Below are positions 59,265 to 64,000 of a DNA stretch of 64,000 nucleotides, piece after piece. The stretch is from Candidatus Velthaea sp. (GTDB lineage Bacteria; Vulcanimicrobiota; Vulcanimicrobiia; Vulcanimicrobiales; Vulcanimicrobiaceae), in the NCBI GenBank assembly GCA_965214935.1, contig CBDCCS010000018.1, positions 320,001 through 384,000 of the forward strand. The letters run 5' to 3'. Positions within the stretch are counted from its first letter, which is position 1; every line of letters starts with the position of its first letter. The translations under genes were made by a program, and so were the position numbers. The notes below the pieces were generated by a model. It worked only from the letters and a program-made list of their open reading frames with translations. It had not been told where the DNA came from and made no database searches.

Positions 59265-60313
59265 GCAATCTCCGTCTGACCGTCGACGACGACGACGACG
59301 ATTGGGTGTCGCACATCGGCACTGCAGCGTGCGACGACCGCGACGACCTCTTCGCGATCCGCCGGCGCACACGTTGCGATACTTAGTAAGATACCGGCGC
59401 GCGCACCGAGCGCACGTAGTGCAATCCCGAGCCCGTCAGCCGAACGCGGGACGACTGCATCCCAGAGACGTCCGCGTTCGTCGATGAAATCGTGATCCGG
59501 ATCGAGCGAGCGGGCGAAGGTAACGTTCCAGCGTTCCTCGGCCGCAACCGCCGTCTCCGCTTCAGGCGCAAATCCGCGCCGCGGATCGCAGCCGAGTTGC
59601 CGTAAGCGGCGCCGCTCGCGTTCGCTATACGGTCGTCCGTAGGGATCCCGTTCGGGGACCGGCACGAGCGCCGCCGGACGGTCGTTCGCCGTCGCCCCGG
59701 GCGCCTTGGTCGGCGCGGGTGCTGCGAGTGAACGCAGCGACGGATCATACAGCGGAACGAGCGCACCCGGAGGATTTGCGCCGTTCGCCGCTTGCGGCGC
59801 GGCGCTGACGAGCGCCGTTGCGATTGAACCCGAATCGGAACTCAGAATCGCGCGCACTTGAGCGCTCAGCGCGGTTGCGCCGCCCGTGCCCGCCGTGAGC
59901 ACAGCCGCGCGAATGAGCGCAACGAGGGCCGCCAGCGGCGCCGAGGCACTCAGCTGAACGACGGTCCCGGCAACGGCCGCATTTACCAGTGCGGTGACGC
60001 TTTGCGCAACGACCGGATTCGCGGGCGCGGTTGCGTTCGGCGTCGCGGCGAGGTCGCGCAGGAGATCACTGATGATCGACACGACCTGAGCGGGCGGCAG
60101 CGGCGCCGCTTGCGCTAGCCCCGGCTCCGAACCGAAGGTTACCGCCGCCTGGGCTAAGCTCGTTGCTTCGCCGGCGGCAAATGCGGTACCCAGTGCGATC
60201 GCATCGCGCGATTCGGCGACCGGAACCGGCTCGTTTGCAGGCGCAGCTTCCACGGCTTCGCCGGTTTGCACGATCGCTTGCGCCAGGCTGATGATTTGCG
60301 GCACGTTGATCAA
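59252..60313 (-). CDS. Ala/Pro-rich protein with a C-terminal putative polymorphic-toxin nuclease domain
   Basis: LGCDPRRGFAPEAETAVAAEERWNVTFARSLDPDHDFIDERGRLWDAV pattern; TTG start at 60313 inferred. Confidence 0.6.
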   Translation of the reverse strand: MINVPQIISLAQAIVQTGEAVEAAPANEPVPVAESRDAIALGTAFAAGEATSLAQAAVTFGSEPGLAQAAPLPPAQVVSIISDLLRDLAATPNATAPANPVVAQSVTALVNAAVAGTVVQLSASAPLAALVALIRAAVLTAGTGGATALSAQVRAILSSDSGSIATALVSAAPQAANGANPPGALVPLYDPSLRSLAAPAPTKAPGATANDRPAALVPVPERDPYGRPYSERERRRLRQLGCDPRRGFAPEAETAVAAEERWNVTFARSLDPDHDFIDERGRLWDAVVPRSADGLGIALRALGARAGILLSIATCAPADREEVVAVVARCSADVRHPIVVVVVDGQTEIAWPG

Positions 60314-60366
60314 CGGCGATGCTTTCGTACGTCGGAGTGCGCATGCGCGATGAATGGACGTAAAGC

Positions 60367-60394
60367 GTATCACGGGTTAGTGCGTGCGTTCTAG
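60367..60394 (-). promoter_or_regulatory. Putative variant sigma-28 promoter CTAGAA-N14-CGTGATAC
   Basis: Third copy of the motif, upstream of the toxin-like gene. Confidence 0.55.
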
Positions 60395-60414
60395 TATCAG
60401 CGTAAAAAAAGCGC

Positions 60415-60469
60415 GTGCACGTGCGGCACATGCGCTGCACACACCGAGCGCATAAAGTTTGCGTAGGCT
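60415..60469 (+). promoter_or_regulatory. 11-bp-period repeat box plus -10 element before fliQ
   Basis: GTGCAC/GCACAT/GCACAC/GCGCAT at 60415/60426/60437/60448; 10 nt spacer; TAGGCT; ATG 8 nt later. Confidence 0.62.
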
Positions 60470-60477
60470 TTGCAAAT

Positions 60478-60756
60478 ATGGCGGCGTTCGACGAATTGCT
60501 TCGCGAGACGATGATTATCTGCGCGGTGCTCGCGCTGCCGGTACTCCTCAGTGCGACCGTCGTCGGAACGCTTATTGCTATCGTGCAAGCGGCAACGCAA
60601 ATCCAGGAACAGACGCTGACGCTGCTGCCCAAAATCGTTGCCGTCAGCGCCGTCTTGGTCGTATTCGGTCGATTCGGTTTTGGCCTGTGCGCCGGTTTGT
60701 TCAATCACGCGCTTACGAGCGTACCTGATATCGTTCGAGCCGCACCGGGTCCGTGA
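60478..60756 (+). CDS. fliQ: FliQ export gate protein
   Basis: VGTLIAIVQAATQIQEQTLTLLPKI. Confidence 0.95.
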   Translation: MAAFDELLRETMIICAVLALPVLLSATVVGTLIAIVQAATQIQEQTLTLLPKIVAVSAVLVVFGRFGFGLCAGLFNHALTSVPDIVRAAPGP

Positions 60757-61475
60757 CGCCGGCTTCTTGGACGTGGGCGCTCGCCTTTGCGCGTTGCGCG
60801 GGCTTCGTTTTCCGGGCGCCGGGGTTCTCCCATCCAAGCGTGCCGGTCGTCGCGCGCGCCGGTATCGCATTCGCGCTCGCGCTCGGGCTGGTGCCGTCGC
60901 TCGAACGTGCACCGCAGCTGCGAACGCCGTTGATCGCAGCCTTCTTTTGTGAGTTGCTGCTCGGTGCGGCGATCGGCTTCGGTGCTTCGGTGTTGTATGA
61001 AGGCGCTGCGGCGGGCGGCCGCGTTCTCGATGATTACGTCGGCATTCAAGTCGCCAATCCGACCGCGCAAGCCGGTGCCGGACAAGCATTCGCGCAGTTA
61101 TGGGGACTCGGTTTCGTCGCCGCGTTCTTCGTGCTCGACGGGTATCAGCTCGTGCTGTTGGCGCTCGCCGATAGCGTCCGCACGATTCCGCCGGGCTCCG
61201 CATTCAGCGCGCCCGGACTCAAAGAATTCGCAGTTTCGATACCGATTCTCATCGTTCGCGCAGCGACGCTCGTTGCCGGTCCGGCGCTGGCGCTGGCGCT
61301 CGTCGCGAACATCGCGCTGGGCGCCATTTCGCGCATCATTCCGCGCTTCAATAACTTTACACTGACGTTCCCGGTCGTTTTCACCGCGGTGTTGCTGGCC
61401 ACGCTCGTTACCCTTCCGACGGTGCTCGATCGCGCCGGACATCCATGGCTCTACTTGCCGATGATTCGGCCGTAA
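60753..61475 (+). CDS. fliR: FliR export gate protein
   Basis: R..G....APGFS; ELLLG..IG; AG..LD...G; G..SR.IP.FN.F...FP. Confidence 0.9.
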   Translation: MTPASWTWALAFARCAGFVFRAPGFSHPSVPVVARAGIAFALALGLVPSLERAPQLRTPLIAAFFCELLLGAAIGFGASVLYEGAAAGGRVLDDYVGIQVANPTAQAGAGQAFAQLWGLGFVAAFFVLDGYQLVLLALADSVRTIPPGSAFSAPGLKEFAVSIPILIVRAATLVAGPALALALVANIALGAISRIIPRFNNFTLTFPVVFTAVLLATLVTLPTVLDRAGHPWLYLPMIRP

Positions 61476-61479
61476 CGCA

Positions 61480-62496
61480 ATGGCGGACGAAGAGAAGCCG
61501 TACGACCCGACGCCGTCGCGTTTGCAAAAGGCCAAACGCGAAGGTAACGTCGCACGCTCGGCCGAGATTGCCACCGTCGCGACGTTCGGTGCGAGCGTCC
61601 TGGCATTGCTCGCTGTTCTGCCTGCCGTCAGCGCCGCGGCACAACGCTGGTACGATCGCTTGGCCCGCAGTCCCGATAGCGCCGCACCCGACCTGGCCGG
61701 CGTGTTGTTCGGTGCGGCTTTGACACCGTTCGTTGCAGCGATCGCTGCGGGCGTCGCCGCAAATCTCGTTCAGGGCGGCGGGTTGACGTTCGTCGCGCCG
61801 TCCTTGAAATTCGCGCGGCTCAAACCGAGCGACAACTTAAAGCGCATGTTCTCCGGTGAAGCCGCCGTAGCGGCGGCGCGCGCGGCGATCACGTTTGCAA
61901 CGGCCGTCGCGTTCGTGTTGCCGACGGCGAAGATTCTCTTCATTCACGCCACGGGTACGACGTCGTTGCCGCTCTTCGGCATGCTCGTTACGTTCGGCGT
62001 GCAGCGCGTCGTTGCCAGCGTCATCGGTATCGGCGCCGTGTTTGCCGTCGTTGATTTCTTGCTCGTCCGTAAGCGCTGGCTCAAGAAACTCAAGATGAGC
62101 CTATACGAAATCAAGAAAGAACATACGGAAAACGAAGGCGACCCGCGCTTGCGCGGCCGGCGTCGGGGCCGTCACCGTTCGCTCATCAGCGGCGCGGTCG
62201 GCAGCGTTAAAAAAGCGGCGTTCGTCGTGACGAATCCCACGCATATCGCTGTTGCGCTCGAATACGACCCGCCGCGCATCGCCGTGCCGGCCGTGCTGGT
62301 GATGGGCGCGGACGAGACCGCTGCAACGATTCGCGCGCTGGCACGCGAGCGGGGCATTCCATTAATTGAAAACGTCCCGCTGGCTCGACTCCTGTGGCAG
62401 ACGGCAGCGGTCGGGCGTTCGGTCCCGCGCGACAGCTTCATCGCCGTCGCGGAAATCGTCAATGCGCTCTCCGCTTCCGCGAGGCCGTCCGTTTGA
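61480..62496 (+). CDS. flhB: FlhB/SctU substrate-switch protein
   Basis: EEK..DPTP.RL.KAKREGNV.RS.E; KMS..EIK.E..ENEGDP; NPTH autocleavage motif; ENVPLAR. Confidence 0.95.
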   Translation: MADEEKPYDPTPSRLQKAKREGNVARSAEIATVATFGASVLALLAVLPAVSAAAQRWYDRLARSPDSAAPDLAGVLFGAALTPFVAAIAAGVAANLVQGGGLTFVAPSLKFARLKPSDNLKRMFSGEAAVAAARAAITFATAVAFVLPTAKILFIHATGTTSLPLFGMLVTFGVQRVVASVIGIGAVFAVVDFLLVRKRWLKKLKMSLYEIKKEHTENEGDPRLRGRRRGRHRSLISGAVGSVKKAAFVVTNPTHIAVALEYDPPRIAVPAVLVMGADETAATIRALARERGIPLIENVPLARLLWQTAAVGRSVPRDSFIAVAEIVNALSASARPSV

Positions 62497-64000
62497 TTAA
62501 GCCGATCGTTCTTACGTATACCTTCGCGATGCTGCTGCTCGCACTGGCACTCGGCGTCATCGTGCCGATGCCGCCGTTCATCCTCGACGCGCTGCTCGCC
62601 TTATATATCGTGAGCTGCGGTATCATCATGCTCATCAGCGTGACGGTCGGCGAGCCGCTCGAGTTTTCGGCGTTTGCTCCGGCGCTGCTCGTTGCGCTAT
62701 TCTTCCGGTTCTTGCTTGAAATCTCGGCAACGCGGCTCATCTTGCTGCGCGGCCATGAAGTCGGCGGCGTCGGAAGTTTGATTCCGGCGTTCGGCAACAT
62801 CGTCGTCGGCGGCAATATCGTCGTCGGGCTCATCGTTTTCGCCATTTTTATTACGGTGCAGTTCATCGTCATTGCATCGGGTTCGCAGCGCGTCGCCGAG
62901 GTTGCGGCGCGTTTCACGCTCGATGCGATGCCCGGTAAACAGATGGCTATCGACGCCGAGGTGCACGCCGGCGTGCTGACCGCCGAGGGCGCCCGCGCCA
63001 AACGCGCGCACGTGCAGAAAGAGGCGGACTTCTACGGCGCCATGGACGGCGCGGGTAAATTCGTCAAAAATGACGCACTCGCCGCGCTGATCATCGTTTT
63101 CTGCAATTTGATCGGCGGCATTGCCGTCGGCGTCTTTTATCACGGACTCGACGCCGGCGACGCATTACAAACGTACGCTATTCTCTCGATCGGCAACGCG
63201 TTGGCAACGACGCTGCCGTCGTTTCTGCTTTCAATCGCGATGGGCATGATGGTCACGCGGGTTGCCGCCGACGGCTCGCTCGGCGTCGATCTTGCCAATC
63301 AAGTCCTGGAACGGCCCGACGTCATGCGTTCTGCGGCGGTCCTAGCGCTCGTGCTGGCGATTTTTCCGCCGATGCCGCACGTCGCATTCGGGGTACTTTC
63401 CGCGGGTCTCTTTACGCTGGCCGCGTTGTCGAGTGCGCGTAAGAAGCGCAAGGCGGCCGGTGCCGAGATTGAAGCTGCGTCGACGAAGCGGACCGATGCG
63501 CGACGGCCGGAATCCGCCCTCGGGCTGGTCGGTGTCGATGCGATCGCGGTCGAGTTCGGGGCTGATTTGTGCGGCATTCTACACGGGGAAAACGGCGAGG
63601 CGCTGCTCGATCGCATTAGCGAAGTGCGGCGTGCGCTGGCGACCGAGCTGGGCATCGTCATCCCCGGCGTCCGCTTGCGCGACGACCAATTGCGTCCACC
63701 CGGCACCTACGGCGTACGAGTGCGCGATGAAGTCGTTGCCGGCGGTGCGCTGCGCACCCAAGAAATTCTGGCCGTCGGCCGCTACGATATTTTGGCCACC
63801 ATGGAAGGCGATCTGACGCGCGATCCGGTGTACAATTTGCCGGCCAAATGGGTGCGCGTCGACGAACGCGAGGGCGCGCAGGCCAAAGGCGCGCTGGTCT
63901 TCGATCCGATCTCGATTGTCGGTTCGCATCTAGCCGAGATCGCCCGGCAGCGTGCTTGGCAGATCTTCGGCCGGCAAGAGCTGCAAACGCTCATCGAACA
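62493..64000 (+). CDS. flhA: FlhA/SctV major export gate protein (runs off window end)
   Basis: Hand translation from TTG 62493: ATRLIL; RVAEVAARFTLDAMPGKQMAIDA; EADFYGAMDGAGKFVK. Confidence 0.95.
   Translation, partial: MIKPIVLTYTFAMLLLALALGVIVPMPPFILDALLALYIVSCGIIMLISVTVGEPLEFSAFAPALLVALFFRFLLEISATRLILLRGHEVGGVGSLIPAFGNIVVGGNIVVGLIVFAIFITVQFIVIASGSQRVAEVAARFTLDAMPGKQMAIDAEVHAGVLTAEGARAKRAHVQKEADFYGAMDGAGKFVKNDALAALIIVFCNLIGGIAVGVFYHGLDAGDALQTYAILSIGNALATTLPSFLLSIAMGMMVTRVAADGSLGVDLANQVLERPDVMRSAAVLALVLAIFPPMPHVAFGVLSAGLFTLAALSSARKKRKAAGAEIEAASTKRTDARRPESALGLVGVDAIAVEFGADLCGILHGENGEALLDRISEVRRALATELGIVIPGVRLRDDQLRPPGTYGVRVRDEVVAGGALRTQEILAVGRYDILATMEGDLTRDPVYNLPAKWVRVDEREGAQAKGALVFDPISIVGSHLAEIARQRAWQIFGRQELQTLIE

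Noticed and set aside
59281..59301. (GAC)n trinucleotide run
   Set aside because: Encodes the VVVVVD strand of the minus-strand CDS; not a separate repeat element.
1..64000. Many long overlapping or antisense ORFs in the track (e.g. 17045-18022, 53470-54873, 5880-6824)
   Set aside because: Shadow frames of GC-rich genes; Arg/Ala-rich with no motifs, opposite or overlapping well-supported CDSs.
1..64000. CRISPR arrays, tRNA, rRNA, riboswitches
   Set aside because: None recognised by eye; an Infernal/tRNAscan run would be needed to exclude small RNAs in the 14.9-15.1, 20.3-20.9, 21.8-22.1 and 24.9-25.2 kb gaps.
43720..64000. Ordinary injectisome, or a decaying flagellar pseudogene cluster
   Set aside because: Flagellum-specific rod genes and a sigma-28 are present and SctC/D/J are not seen. 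Frames are intact and coupled, and catalytic motifs are preserved.

Overview
GC-rich window from a diderm bacterium. The gene style suggests Eremiobacterota/Vulcanimicrobiota, but that is inference. 1-20.3 kb is mostly housekeeping: an amino-sugar operon (kinase, nanE), a caa3-type A2 cytochrome c oxidase with SCO/ctaA/ctaB assembly genes, prfC, a dehydratase and a cyclophilin. 20.7-25.2 kb is an AT-richer island with an IS3 remnant and a putative nuclease toxin/immunity pair. 25.2-40.2 kb is a GntR-controlled uptake/catabolic locus with a TonB-dependent receptor. From about 43.7 kb to the window end lies a strongly reduced flagellum-derived type III export cluster. It has a FliF-FliG(middle) fusion without a torque domain, a FliM without the CheY-binding peptide, miniaturised FlgB/FliK/FlgE/FlgJ, a divergent sigma-28 and a two-component system. 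No flagellin, stator, hook cap or P/L ring genes are in the window. An inserted operon encodes small pilin-like paralogs and a second putative nuclease toxin/immunity pair. Two promoter classes can be read from the DNA. (i) 11-bp-spaced repeats ending 10 bp before a -10 box precede four structural operons. (ii) CT[AT]GAA-N14/15-CGTGATA precedes the pilin-like operon and both toxin genes, one of them 36 kb away from the other two sites. Working hypothesis: a non-motile, flagellum-derived secretion system that delivers polymorphic toxins. All family calls are by eye, and the window ends inside flhA, so missing flagellar genes could lie elsewhere.
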